Source: Opitutales bacterium
GTDB lineage: Bacteria; Verrucomicrobiota; Verrucomicrobiia; Opitutales; UBA2987
Length of the DNA stretch: 64,000 nucleotides
Assembly: GCA_965226885.1 (NCBI GenBank)
Contig: CBDDEL010000012.1
Location: 1-64,000, forward strand
Direction: 5' to 3'
Each line of letters begins with the position of its first letter. Positions within the stretch are counted from its first letter, which is position 1. A program made the translations under genes and the position numbers. A model generated the notes under the pieces. That model made no database searches. It worked only from the letters and a program-made list of their open reading frames with translations, and had not been told where the DNA came from. Shown here piece by piece: positions 33,527 to 44,733 of this stretch.

Positions 33527-34333
33527 TTAATAGCTATGTTCCATGCCCGGGAATTCACCGCTTTTGACCTCTTCAATGTAAGCCGTAAACGCACCCTTCA
33601 TGGTGTCAGCTAGATTGGCATATCGTTTGAGAAACCTTGGTGAGAAGTCCTCGGTCTGACCCAGCATGTCATTCACCACCAGGACTTGTCCGTCACAGTG
33701 CTGCCCGGCACCTATCCCGATAGTGGGTATTGTGAGCGCCTCGCTGATATTTTTTGCCACTTCTGCCGGGATCTTTTCAAGCACCAGAGCAAAGCAACCG
33801 GCTTCTTCCAAAGAAATGGCCTCTTCTGCAATCCGGACGGCTGCGGCTTCGTTTTTACCCTGAAGTTTGAACCCCCCGAACTGGTTAACCGACTGTGGCG
33901 TCATACCTACATGCCCCATCACAGGAATGCCTATACCGGTCAACTGTTTGACCAATGGCGCAATATCCTTGCCCCCTTCAAGCTTTACAGCGTTGGCCCC
34001 GCCTTCTTTTAACATACGGCCTGCGTTGCGAATGGTGTCCTCCGCGGAAACATGATAGCTGAGGAAAGGCAGGTCGGCTATTAGCAAGGCTCGCTTGCGG
34101 CCTCGATTGACCGCTTTAACGTGATAAAGCAATTCGTCCACAGTGATCGGCAGGGTGGTTTCATGACCGGAAAATACCATCGCGGCAGAGTCGCCAACAA
34201 GAATACAATCGATTCCCGAGGCATCCAGGAGTCGTGCGGTTTGATAGTCGTATGCTGTCAGCATGCAGATTTTTTCCGCCTTCCGTTTCATGGAACGCAG
34301 CGATTGAGTAGTTACATTTTCTGATGTAGGCAT
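33527..34333 (-). CDS. panB: 3-methyl-2-oxobutanoate hydroxymethyltransferase
   Basis: LTAYD, LVGDS, VKLEGG, GHVGMTPQS, IGIGAG, DGQVLV. Confidence 0.96.
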   Translation of the reverse strand: MPTSENVTTQSLRSMKRKAEKICMLTAYDYQTARLLDASGIDCILVGDSAAMVFSGHETTLPITVDELLYHVKAVNRGRKRALLIADLPFLSYHVSAEDTIRNAGRMLKEGGANAVKLEGGKDIAPLVKQLTGIGIPVMGHVGMTPQSVNQFGGFKLQGKNEAAAVRIAEEAISLEEAGCFALVLEKIPAEVAKNISEALTIPTIGIGAGQHCDGQVLVVNDMLGQTEDFSPRFLKRYANLADTMKGAFTAYIEEVKSGEFPGMEHSY

Positions 34334-34527
34334 GATTCAAGATAGAATTAAACTGGTCTGGTATAGCGATCAGCAACTGAACGCGATACCTAAATCTACT
34401 GGGCGAACTAGATTATCCTGCGGGCAGAGATGCACACATTGATGGGGGGGGCGGTGCAACCCCACACTGGTAAGAGGCAAGGCGAGCAGGCTCGACAATC
34501 GAAATCGCTTAGGCAAGTTTTGCACAG

Positions 34528-35937
34528 ATGGAACCTTTGCCTCTCGAAGCTCTCGCTTGCCTGCCTCCCCTGCCTTCCGGTTCCCTCAGAAAGCAAATTT
34601 TCGAGAGACAGCGGAAATCGGGATTCAAAATCGTAGTTCTCGACGACGATCCGACCGGAACCCAAACCGTCCACGATGCCAATGTTTTGATTCGTTGGGA
34701 TGAGGAATCGCTGGGGCGGGAGTTCGCCAATCCTGAAAGTATTCTTTACCTGTTGACGAACTCGAGAAGCCTGGCCCCGGCTGAGGCTGAAAAGTTGGCC
34801 TACCGGACTGGACGCCTGATTCGCAAGGTCGAAAGCGCGGTAGGACGGCCTGCATTGGTTATCAGCCGGAGCGATTCCACGCTCAGGGGGCATTATCCCA
34901 TAGAGGTGAAAAGCTTGGCCCAAGCCTTGGGAAAACCGAAAGCTGTCCAGGTGTTGATTCCTGCCTTTATTGAGGGAGGGCGCTATACGATCGACGACAT
35001 ACATTATGTGAGAGAGGGGGATTTTCTGGTTCCCGCCGGCCAAACCGAATTTGCCGCCGACGCGACATTTGGGTATCGGTCCTCAAATCTGATCGATTGG
35101 GTGGTGGAAAAATACTCCGGACGGATTAGCCGGGAAGCCGTTCAGACGATTTCCATTGCCCTGCTTCGAAAAAGAGGACCGAAAGGCGTTACTGAATTTC
35201 TGCTCGGGGCGGATGCCGGATCTGTGGTCATTGTCAACGCGTCCTGTAATGACGATCTCGAAATTTTTGCGTTAGGTTATCTCCAGGCCATCGAGCAACG
35301 CCCGGAATTTATACTGCGCACGGCCGCTTCCATGGTACCCGCCCTGGCCGGTTTGCCCCCAAAGGCATTATTGTCTGTCAATCAGGTTGGGAACCTGACG
35401 GCGAAAGGCCGGGGCGGTTTAATTGTTGTTGGTTCCTATGTAAAGAAAGCCACTGACCAATTGAACCGTTTGCTCGATCAATTCGGCGACGGTGGTTTTT
35501 GCCTGGAGGTTGATTCTCTGCTCGACCCTGAGAAGAAGGTTCCTTACCTGAAATCGATTGCCGAAAAAATCGATCGACGACTGGGCAACGATCAATTGGC
35601 AATTGTTTACACATCCCGCAAGTTGCGAAAAGGGTCGAACTCGCAATCGAGCCTCGAAATCGGACGAATGGTGGCGGACGGCTTGAACAGCTTGGCAGGG
35701 CAGGTCAGAACCCGCCCAAGATTCATCATAGCAAAAGGGGGAATAACGTCCTCTGAAATTGCAGGGCATAGTTGCGGCGCTGCACAAGCCAGGATTATGG
35801 GACAAATCGAGGTGGGCGTTCCTTTCTGGATTCTTCGGGACGGCTCGAAGTTTCCGCAATTACCCTACGTTGTGTTTCCCGGCAACGTTGGAGACAACGA
35901 CGCACTCCTCAATGTCCTGCGGAAAATGAACCCATGA
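34528..35937 (+). CDS. Four-carbon acid sugar kinase family protein (DUF1537)
   Basis: VLDDDPTGTQTVH, SRSDSTLRGH, AKGGITS, VFPGNVG. Confidence 0.9.
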   Translation: MEPLPLEALACLPPLPSGSLRKQIFERQRKSGFKIVVLDDDPTGTQTVHDANVLIRWDEESLGREFANPESILYLLTNSRSLAPAEAEKLAYRTGRLIRKVESAVGRPALVISRSDSTLRGHYPIEVKSLAQALGKPKAVQVLIPAFIEGGRYTIDDIHYVREGDFLVPAGQTEFAADATFGYRSSNLIDWVVEKYSGRISREAVQTISIALLRKRGPKGVTEFLLGADAGSVVIVNASCNDDLEIFALGYLQAIEQRPEFILRTAASMVPALAGLPPKALLSVNQVGNLTAKGRGGLIVVGSYVKKATDQLNRLLDQFGDGGFCLEVDSLLDPEKKVPYLKSIAEKIDRRLGNDQLAIVYTSRKLRKGSNSQSSLEIGRMVADGLNSLAGQVRTRPRFIIAKGGITSSEIAGHSCGAAQARIMGQIEVGVPFWILRDGSKFPQLPYVVFPGNVGDNDALLNVLRKMNP

Positions 35938-36084
35938 ATTTTGTCATCCTTTTGAGTGAGAACAAAGGGCCGGAAAAACCATTGACTTTTATTGGCCCCT
36001 AACTATGATGCAAAATTGGTTGGATGGGTATGTTAACGAAAAACGCCACCTTTACTTTGACCAGAAAGACGGAATGAGGACCCA

Positions 36085-36683
36085 ATGAAATATACATGTG
36101 CATTATCGCTTGCAGTCATTTTGGGTGGCGGCACAAGTGTAGCGGCAACCGTAGAGCATGGACGCACCAACTACACCGAGACCGGAAGCGGCAATACTTT
36201 TACCGTGCACAGTCGCGAGGGCGGCTCGGCTGGCTTTGACGTCATCGGTCTGAACAGGGGCGACGTCGAGGTCACATTCACGGGGTCGGCCGACATCCCG
36301 AACGAATTTTCCGGCGGCGTAGCGATCTCCTCACCATTAAGCGCTAACTTCAACAACCTGTTCACACCCGATGGGCACGCAACAACCGCCGTTGATAGAA
36401 ACTCAGCGGGTAATTACTTAATTTCGACGTTTCACGTTACAAGCGGCGTTGAAACAAACGTTGAGGTCGCCGTAGGCTACTTCAAGTACTCCGATGGGTG
36501 GCTCGGGGGTGTTTTCCGTAATACCTCGAACGGCGGACCTCTGGCTGACAGCGTGTCATCATTTGCCCCAGGTGTTTCCCTGGCAGCCGGCACGGTCATT
36601 GATCAGGGAGGCGGCACAACCTTGGTCGATCTTCGGGCGTTTCGGGTGCTGTTGGCAGATGGTGTCCCCGCATCCAGCGCTAA
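36085..36683 (+). pseudogene. Secreted Gly/Ser/Thr-rich protein truncated by IS1380
   Basis: Signal peptide; ORF runs into the IS end at 36684. Confidence 0.6.
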
Positions 36684-37879
36684 CCCGGAAATTTCATAAA
36701 AAAAGTATCGCTGATATGCTTATCTGCTGATATACAGCAGGATAGATTAAACATTAAAGCAATATCAGCGATGACAAAAAGTAAACAATTAGAACTACAG
36801 TTGACAAGGGTAAAAGGCCGCCGTGTGCGGGTTGATTTTAAGGGCGGTGAGGTTACTTCGGATGCCGGGCTGCTTTTGATCCGGGAAGTGGATCGGCGGT
36901 TGGGCTTGACCGAGCAAGCGGCCCGGCAATTAGTAGACAAACGGCAGAAGGGCAAAGTGCGCCATGAGATGCTGGCCATGATCCGGCAGCGCGTTTACGG
37001 GCTGGTGGCGGGCTATGAGGATTTGAACGACTTTGACACCCTGCGCCGCGATCCTTTGTTGCAAACGGTAACGGGGCGCACTGAAGCGTTGGCCAGCGCG
37101 CCGACTTTGTGTCGTTTTGAAAACGGGCAGGATCGGCGGGCAGCCTTTGCCCTGAACGAGTTGCTGGTCGAACAGTTCATGGGATCCTTTGCCGAGGAAC
37201 CCGAAGAGATCATCCTGGACTTTGACGCCACCGACAATCCGGTGCACGGGCTCCAGGAGGGACGTTTTTTCCACGGTTATTATGATCATTACTGTTTTTT
37301 GCGCTGTATGTTTTTTGCGGCGATCAGCTTCTGGTGGCCTACCTGCGGCCCAGCAAGATCGATGCGAGCAAGCATGCCGGGGCCATCCTCAAATTGCTGG
37401 TTAAACGGATTCGCCAAAGCTGGCCCCATACGCGGATTATTTGGCGTGCCGACAGCGGATTCTGCCGGGATCGGATTCTCTCGTGGTGCGAGCGCAACGA
37501 GGTTTATTTTATAGTGGGAACGGCCCGCCATGCACGCTTGCAGCAAGCGGCCCGGCAGTTGCAGGAGCAAGCCAAACAATGGTTCGAGGGTAGCGGCAAA
37601 AAGCAACGGCTGTTTCAGCACTTCGAGTATGGGGCAAAATCGTGGCGGCGCCAACGCCTTATCATCCACAAAGCCGAACACACCGCACAGGGGTCCAACC
37701 CGCGCTTCGTGGTGACGAACCTGCAGGGCGATCCCCAAGAGCTTTACGACAAAGTATACTGTGGCCGCGGTGAGATGGAGAACCGGATCAAGGAACAGAT
37801 GCAATTGTTCAGCGAACGCACCAGCGCGCATAAATGGTGGGCCAACCAGTGGCGATTGCTCTTGTCGGGGCTGGCCTAC

Positions 37880-39207
37880 TGATGTGCACTGGAAAAAGTG
37901 GACACGAGATTCTCCTAAATGGAGAATCGAAGCATGGGAAGAAGACGCTTTAGTATAGAGTTCAAAAATGAGGCAGTTCAACTGATGATACTCGATGGTC
38001 TGAGCGCCACCGAGGTATCGACCAAACTTGGGGTCAACACCAACCAATTGTATAGGTGGAAGAGGCTCTATCTGGACGATCAGCAGGGCGAAGCCACCTC
38101 AAAGCGACAGAGCAGTCCGAAGGAGATGGCGGCCGAGATAGATCGTCTTCGCAAAGAGCTGCGCCGCTCGGAGCGGATCAACCAGATACTAAAAAAAACG
38201 GTGGGCTACTTTGCCAAGGACGAACAATGAAGTACCAGTTTGTCAAAGACAACGAGGGGCGCTTCAAGATCGAGGAAATATGCTCGGCGATGGGGATTTG
38301 TCGCAGTGGCTATTACTGCTGGAGGCCCCGAGCGCCCTCGGCCCGGCGGATCGAGGACGAGGGAATCAAGGGGGCGATCCTGAAGGTACACAAAGAGGCC
38401 AAGGGCCGCTATGGGCATCGGCCAATGCACCGCCATCTGAAGGATGATGAGGGCATCGATTGCGGCCGTGACCGGGCTCTGCGTCTGATGCGTGAAATGG
38501 GAATCAAAAGCACCCAGAGTAAACGCTTTAAGCCATTAAAAACCAACAGTAACCATCCCTATGGTTACAGCCCCAATGTGCTTAAAAAGCATGGCCAGCC
38601 GACCCATATCGACGAGGTCTGGGTGGCGGACACGACCTACCTACGGACCCTGGCCGGTTGGATGTACTTGGCCACGGTGATGGACCTGTTCAGCCGACGC
38701 CTGCTGGGCTGGAGCGTTTCCAACCACAACGACGCGAAGCTGGTTGGCAAGGCCCTCAAAGCCGCGGCCATGACCCGCGGCACACTGCGCACCGGGATTA
38801 TTCATCACAGCGATCGGGGCAGCCCCTACGCCAGCGACGACTATCAGAGGCTGGTCTCTGAACTAGGCATGAAGCCGAGCATGAGCGCCCAAGGCAACTG
38901 CTACGACAACGCGGCCATGGAATCGTTCTACGGCCGCTTCAAGACCAGCACGATTCGAGGCCGCCACTTTGCCGACGAGCGCGAACTGCGATCAACTGTC
39001 TTCGAATACGTGGAAATCTTCTACAACCGATATCGCAAACATTCCTCTCTGAGTTACCAAAGCCCAGTCCAATTCGAGGAAAATATTTGCCCCCCATGGG
39101 GGGCAACGAGAAAACAAAACCCTTTACCAAAACAAGCCGCCTGACACACTAATCAATAAACAATGAATATAAGAGAATCCCGTGTCCAACAAATCCAGTA
39201 CACGTCA
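37880..39207 (+). mobile_element. IS3 family element
   Basis: TG...CA imperfect IRs (TGATGTGCACTGG...GGACACG / CGTGTCC...CCAGTACACGTCA); orfA 37934-38230, orfB to 39144; no TSD. Confidence 0.93.
37934..39144 (+). CDS. IS3 transposase OrfA/OrfB (predicted -1 frameshift at the A-run near 38191-38198)
   Basis: OrfA HTH (EFKNEAV...LYRW); OrfB WVADTTY, HHSDRGS, CYDNAAMESF. Confidence 0.92.
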
Positions 39208-39362
39208 CTGCCCCCGGCACTACCGAACCAATGGGGGAAAGGGGGCAGTGTCTCTACACCCTGAAAAACACCTAAAAATCAAGACGATCTGCTCAAAATA
39301 CAAAGAAATCCATCTCCAATAGCAATAACGAGCCAAACTTTACCCTTCATGAAATATCCGGG

Positions 39363-40220
39363 TTAGGGCGAAAGGCCCATCTTATAACCTGCCATGATTT
39401 GATGGCTATTCGTTCTGCGCGTGGAGATTTTCAGCAAAATAAAACCTCATTTACCGGACGCATATTGCAAAAATATATATTCAATGGACTCAAGAAGGCA
39501 TCTTTTGTGGCCTGTATTTCAGAAAGCACGAAAAGAGATCTCCATGCTCTTGGCTATGCCAGGCCGGAGCGGACCCAAACTATTCCCTTGGGTTTGAACT
39601 ATCCTTATCATCGCGTAACTTGGAGCGAGGCCGAGCGCTTGCTGGAAAAATTCAATTTACCGGAAAATTGCAAAATTGTCCTGCATGTGGGCAATAATTC
39701 CTGGTACAAAAATCGTGATGGCTTATTGCGCATTTTTAGGGCGGCGAAAAAAAATAAGGCATTGGAATCTGCGGTCCTATTGTTTGTCGGGGCACCGTTA
39801 TCTATAATACAAAAACAGTTTATCCACTCCAGCGATCTGGAGTCCTCTGTTTTTCCTGTTGGAAAGGTTGATGATGAAGAATTGAGGGCTTTTTATTCGA
39901 TTTCAGACGCGTTAGTTTATCCTTCTCACTACGAAGGCTTCGGGTGGCCCCCGATTGAGGCGCAGGCTTGTGGCTGTCCAGTAATAGCTTCGAGCGGCGG
40001 CTCTCTTTTTGAAATACTCAGAGAAAGCGCTATGATATGCGAACCCTTGGAAGAAGAAAATTTTGTCCGCAATCTGGTTTCTGTTTTAAGCTCCGAAATT
40101 TTACGGGAGAAATTGCGAAGTAAGGGATATGAAAACATTAAAAGATTTTCCAGCGATGCAATGTTGGAAAAGTACCTGATGGTTTACGAAGAACTTGCGC
40201 AGGAGTCATCCGAAAATTGA
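39363..40220 (+). pseudogene. GT4 glycosyltransferase, N-terminus removed at the IS1380 boundary
   Basis: Frame open from the IS (GERPILITCHDLMAIR); EGFGWPPIEAQACG. Confidence 0.8.
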
Positions 40221-40265
40221 ATAGCATGATACCACCGGGGAGAGCGGCCCGATAACAGAAAGACG

Positions 40266-41462
40266 ATGAAAGTCCTGTTTTGCACCCACTCGTGCAGTCC
40301 CGCAATTGGCGGACCGAGTGAAACTTTGCGCAATTTGCCTGCCGCGCTGCAATCTATGGGGCATGAGCCCGAACTTCTGACATTAGATTCGCCAGACGGA
40401 GCCTGGTTGAATGATTTCCCCTTTCCGGTGCATGTGATAGGCCCTGGCATTTCCAGCTACGGATACACAAATCGGATGATTCCCTGGTTGATAAGGAATA
40501 TATACCGGTTTGATGCGCTAACCGTTCATGGGCTTTGGCAATACCACGGTTTCGCGGTTCGACAGGTCCTCCAGCCAACCTCGATTCCTTATTATGTTTA
40601 TCCGCACGGCATGCTCAATCCCTGGGCCAAGCGTTATTATCCGCTCAAGCATCTGAAAAAATGGATTTACTGGCATTTGGCTGAATATCGTATCTTGCGC
40701 GATGCCCGCGCTGTTCTATTTACGAGCGAAGAGGAGCGGCGTCTGGCTCGCCAGGTTTTTCGTCTTTATCGATGCAACGAGATGGTAGTCAATTATGGAT
40801 CGATCGGTGCTCAAGGCGATTGCAGACGGCAGAAAGAAATGTTTTTGGAACGTTATCCTCATCTGGAAAATAAAAAGATAATTCTGTTTTTGGGTCGTTT
40901 GCATGAAAAAAAAGGACTCGAATTGCTGTTGAGCGCTTTTGCCCGATTGTTGAGATCGAAGAAGCCCTCGGAAATCCGGGATTACCACCTGGTGATAGCT
41001 GGCGCCAGCCAATACAACTTTTATCTGAAATCGCTCCAGGAATTGGAGGCACGGGAATTTGCTATTATCTCTGGTTCCGAAGAGGTCCCCGTTACCTGGA
41101 CAGGATTGCTGCAAGGAGATTTGAAATGGGGCGCTTTTAGGGCAGCAGACGTTTTTATTTTGCCGTCCCACCAGGAAAATTTTGGCATCGCTGTGGCCGA
41201 GGCATTATCCACCGGAACACCGGTTCTCATAAGCGACGAGGTCAATATCTGGCGTGAGATCAAAAACGATAGGGCCGGGTTTATCGAAGACGACACTCTG
41301 GCTGGTTGCCACCGTTTGCTCAAACGGTATTTAGCGGCAGAGGGAAATGAATGGGAGGCCATGCGGTCGAATGCGCGTAGCTGTTTTTTAAATCGATTTG
41401 AAATTACGAAAGCGGCTGAAAGTCTTCTCCAGGTGATTGAGGAGGGCCTGCCCAGAAAATGA
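40266..41462 (+). CDS. GT4 family glycosyltransferase
   Basis: HGLW, PHGML, GRLHEKKG, ENFGIAVAEA. Confidence 0.9.
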   Translation: MKVLFCTHSCSPAIGGPSETLRNLPAALQSMGHEPELLTLDSPDGAWLNDFPFPVHVIGPGISSYGYTNRMIPWLIRNIYRFDALTVHGLWQYHGFAVRQVLQPTSIPYYVYPHGMLNPWAKRYYPLKHLKKWIYWHLAEYRILRDARAVLFTSEEERRLARQVFRLYRCNEMVVNYGSIGAQGDCRRQKEMFLERYPHLENKKIILFLGRLHEKKGLELLLSAFARLLRSKKPSEIRDYHLVIAGASQYNFYLKSLQELEAREFAIISGSEEVPVTWTGLLQGDLKWGAFRAADVFILPSHQENFGIAVAEALSTGTPVLISDEVNIWREIKNDRAGFIEDDTLAGCHRLLKRYLAAEGNEWEAMRSNARSCFLNRFEITKAAESLLQVIEEGLPRK

Positions 41463-42613
41463 AAATTACCATCGTGCAGGGCGCTTTTTTGCCCGTGCCG
41501 CCATTGTTGGGCGGCGCGGTGGAAAAGGTTTGGCTCGAGTTGGGAAAATATTTTGTCAAAAAAGGCCATGAGGTAACGCATATTTCCAGGCAATTCGGTG
41601 AATTGCCGCTTGAGGAATATCAAGATGGTGTCAGCCATGTGCGGGTGGCGGGGTACAACGCGCCGAAATCCATTGTATTGTTGAAATGGCTCGACTTGGC
41701 CTATTCACGGCGTGTTACCCGGTGGCTTCCCTGCGGCGACATTCTCGTCAGTAATACTTTTTGGCTGCCTGTTTTAATAAGAAATGAAAATTTTGGGCGG
41801 CTCTATGTCCATGTGGCTCGCTATCCCAAAAGACAATTGTGGTTTTATCGTCATGCGGACCGGTTGCAGACTGTTTCCGGGGCCGTGGCCGGGGCAATGG
41901 CCTCCCAGGTTCCTTCGTTGAGTGATAAAATAAAAGTCATACCTAATCCGGTATCGTTAAAACCATTGAAGGAGATGAAAATTATCGGCGATGCGGCCAA
42001 ATTCAATTTGCTTTATGTCGGTCGCCTGCACCCGGAGAAAGGTCTCCACCTGATCTTTGAGGCGCTTTCTTTAATGGCAGCCTTGGAAGTTTCCAAAATC
42101 CGTTTAACAATGGTGGGTCCTTGGGAAGCGGCCCATGGCGGTGGGGGTGAGCCTTATTTGCGTAGGCTTAAACAACTGTCGGCCAACTGCGATTGCCGGA
42201 TTGAGTGGGTTGGGCCCGTTTTTAATGCGGATGAGCTGGATTCATATTACCGAAAAGCCGACCTTTTTCTCTATCCATCTCTGGCGGAGAAGGGTGAATC
42301 TCCATCTCTGGCGGAGAAGGGTGAATCCTTTGGCTTAGCCCCATTGGAGGCGATGGCCCACGGTTGTCCCGCATTGGTTTCGGCGTTGGGATGTTTCGAG
42401 GACTTTATCGAAGACGGCAAAAATGGATTTGTCTTTAACCATCGTTTACCCTCCCCTAGGGAAAGCCTGGCCGTAAGACTGAAGGAAATCCTAACTCAAC
42501 CGGAATTGCTGGCCACGGCCGGGATAAATGCCCATAATACAGCAAAAAATTTTTCCATTGAAAAGGTGGCGTGTGCCTACCTTGAAGATTTTCAATCCCT
42601 GTTGAGCATGTGA
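41459..42613 (+). CDS. GT4 family glycosyltransferase with an in-frame 9-aa duplication
   Basis: GGAVE, GRLHPEKG, (PSLAEKGES)x2 FGLAPLEA. Confidence 0.9.
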   Translation: MKITIVQGAFLPVPPLLGGAVEKVWLELGKYFVKKGHEVTHISRQFGELPLEEYQDGVSHVRVAGYNAPKSIVLLKWLDLAYSRRVTRWLPCGDILVSNTFWLPVLIRNENFGRLYVHVARYPKRQLWFYRHADRLQTVSGAVAGAMASQVPSLSDKIKVIPNPVSLKPLKEMKIIGDAAKFNLLYVGRLHPEKGLHLIFEALSLMAALEVSKIRLTMVGPWEAAHGGGGEPYLRRLKQLSANCDCRIEWVGPVFNADELDSYYRKADLFLYPSLAEKGESPSLAEKGESFGLAPLEAMAHGCPALVSALGCFEDFIEDGKNGFVFNHRLPSPRESLAVRLKEILTQPELLATAGINAHNTAKNFSIEKVACAYLEDFQSLLSM

Positions 42614-43162
42614 ACGAAAAATCGAATTTGAATAGCATGGAGCAGGCGTCCAAGTACGCCAGTCCCTGGACCTTCCACCAGCGTTGTTTGATGGCGCTTT
42701 GGAGTTTGTGCTGGGCGCTGTTCTGCACTTGGACACCAAAACCCTTCAACCTGTGGCGGCTTTTCTGGCTGCGATTATTGGGGCCCATTTAGAGGGAGTT
42801 CCGTTTATTCACCAACGAGCGCGTATCACAATACCCTGGAACCTGACTATGGGGGATCGGGCCTGCCTGGGAGATCGGGCTCACGCCTACAGCCTGGGCG
42901 AGATTGAAATCAAAGCTCATGCCACGGTGGCCCAAGAGGTTTATTTATGCGCTGCAACGCATGATTTTGAGCTTCCCTCCATGCCGCTGACGGTCGGTAA
43001 AATAACTGTTGAGGAAAATGTCTTTATCGGCGCCCGGGCATTTATCCTACCTGGAGTGACTATTGGCCGCGACTCCATCATCGGGGCCTGTTCTGTGGTG
43101 ACAAAAGACATGCCTGCCGGAATGATTTGTCACGGGCATCCTTGCAAGCCGATCCGGCCTAG
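42610..43162 (+). pseudogene. WcaF-like hexapeptide-repeat acetyltransferase, frameshifted near 42780, 3' end abutting IS1380
   Basis: N-terminal WRLFWLRLLG frame and IPWNL...GAR AFILPGVTIG frame are offset by one base. Confidence 0.82.
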
Positions 43163-43909
43163 CCCGGATATTTCATGAAGGGTAAAGTTTGGCTCGTTAT
43201 TGCTATTGGAGATGGATTTCTTTGTATTTTGAGCAGATCGTCTTGATTTTTAGGTGTTTTTCAGGGTGTAGAGACACTGCCCCCTTTCCCCCATTGGTTC
43301 GGTAGTGCCGGGGGCAGCACCAATGCACCCTTTAGGTTGGCACCAATCGGCGGGCCGCATGGTTGAAAAGACTGGCCCAAGGATAACTCTCACTTAGGTG
43401 AAAGTGAATCGTTCGGGTGTTGCGCACGATGACCGCTCCGATCTTGATTAATTTGAGCCGCAGGGTGTGGCATTGGGCCCGCGCCCACTTCGTCCCTTTT
43501 AAGGCTAACCGGCGCATGGCTTCCATCAAGGTGTAGGCCAGCGCCGACAAGAGCAATCGCCACTGATTGGCCCACCATTGATGGGCGCTGGTGCGCTCGC
43601 TGAACAATTGCATCTGTTCCTTGATTCGGTTCTCCATTTCACCGCGGCCACAGTATACCTTGTCGTAAAGCTCCTGGGGATCGCCCGGCAGGTTCGTCAC
43701 CACGAAGCGCGGGTTGGACCCCTGTGCGGTGTGTTCGGCTTTATGGATGACCAACCGCAGCCATCGCCACGAATCGGCAGCATAGACGAAGTCCTGGAAT
43801 AACCGTTGTTTTTTACCCCTTAGTTCGAACCATTCTTTGGCCTGCTTTTGCAACTGCTGGGCGTCTTGCTGCAAGCGTGCATTGCGAGCCATCCCCACGA
43901 TGTAACTAA
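43163..43909 (-). mobile_element. IS1380 variant B, 3' half (inverted)
   Basis: IRR at 43163; breaks exactly at the internal TTAG. Confidence 0.9.
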
Positions 43910-44733
43910 CCCGGATATTTCGTAAAAAAAGTATCGTTGATATGCTTAACTGCTGATATACAGCAGGATAGATCAATAATTAAAGCAATATCAGCGATGA
44001 CAAAAGGTAAACAATTAAAGCTACAGTTGACAAGGGTAAAAGGCCGCCGTGTGCGGGTTGATTTCAAGGGCGGAGAGGTTACTTCGGATGCCGGACTGCT
44101 TTTGATCCGGGAAGTGGATCGGCAGTTGGGCTTGACCGAACGAGCGGCCCGACAGTTAGTGGACAAACGGCAGAAGGGCAAAGTACGCCATGAGGTATTG
44201 GGGATGCTGCGGCAGCGCGTTTACGGGCTGGTGGCGGGCTATGAGGATTTGAACGACTTTGATACCCTGCGCCACGATCCATTGTTGCAAACGGTAACGG
44301 GGCGCATTGAAACGTTGGCCAGCGCGCCGACTTTGTGTCGTTTTGAAAACGGGCAGGATCGGCGGGCGGCCTTTGCGGTAAACGAGCTGTTGGTCGAACA
44401 GTTCATGGGCTCCTTTGCCGAGGAACCCGAAGAGATCATCCTGGACTTTGACGCCACCGACAATCCGGTGCACGGGCTCCAGGAGGGACGTTTTTTCCAC
44501 GGTTATTATGATCATTACTGTTTTCTGCCGCTATATGTTTTTTGCGGTGATCAGCTGCTGGTGGCCTACCTGCGGCCGAGCAAGATCGATGCCAGCAAGC
44601 ATGCCGGGGCCATCCTCAAATTGCTGGTTAAACGGATTCGCCAAAGCTGGCCCCGTACGCGGATTATTTGGCGCGCCGACAGTGGATTTTGTCGAGACCG
44701 GATACTCTCTTGGTGCGACCGCAACGAAGTTAG
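43910..44733 (+). mobile_element. IS1380 variant B, 5' half
   Basis: IRL CCCGGATATTTCGT; ends at the same internal TTAG. Confidence 0.9.

Larger units (their letters stand above)
36684..39362 (+). mobile_element. Chimeric, defective IS1380 (variant A left part, variant B right end) containing IS3
   Basis: IRL at 36684, IRR at 39362; transposase frameshifted near 37300 and its 3' part missing; flanks CTAA vs TTAG do not match. Confidence 0.88.
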
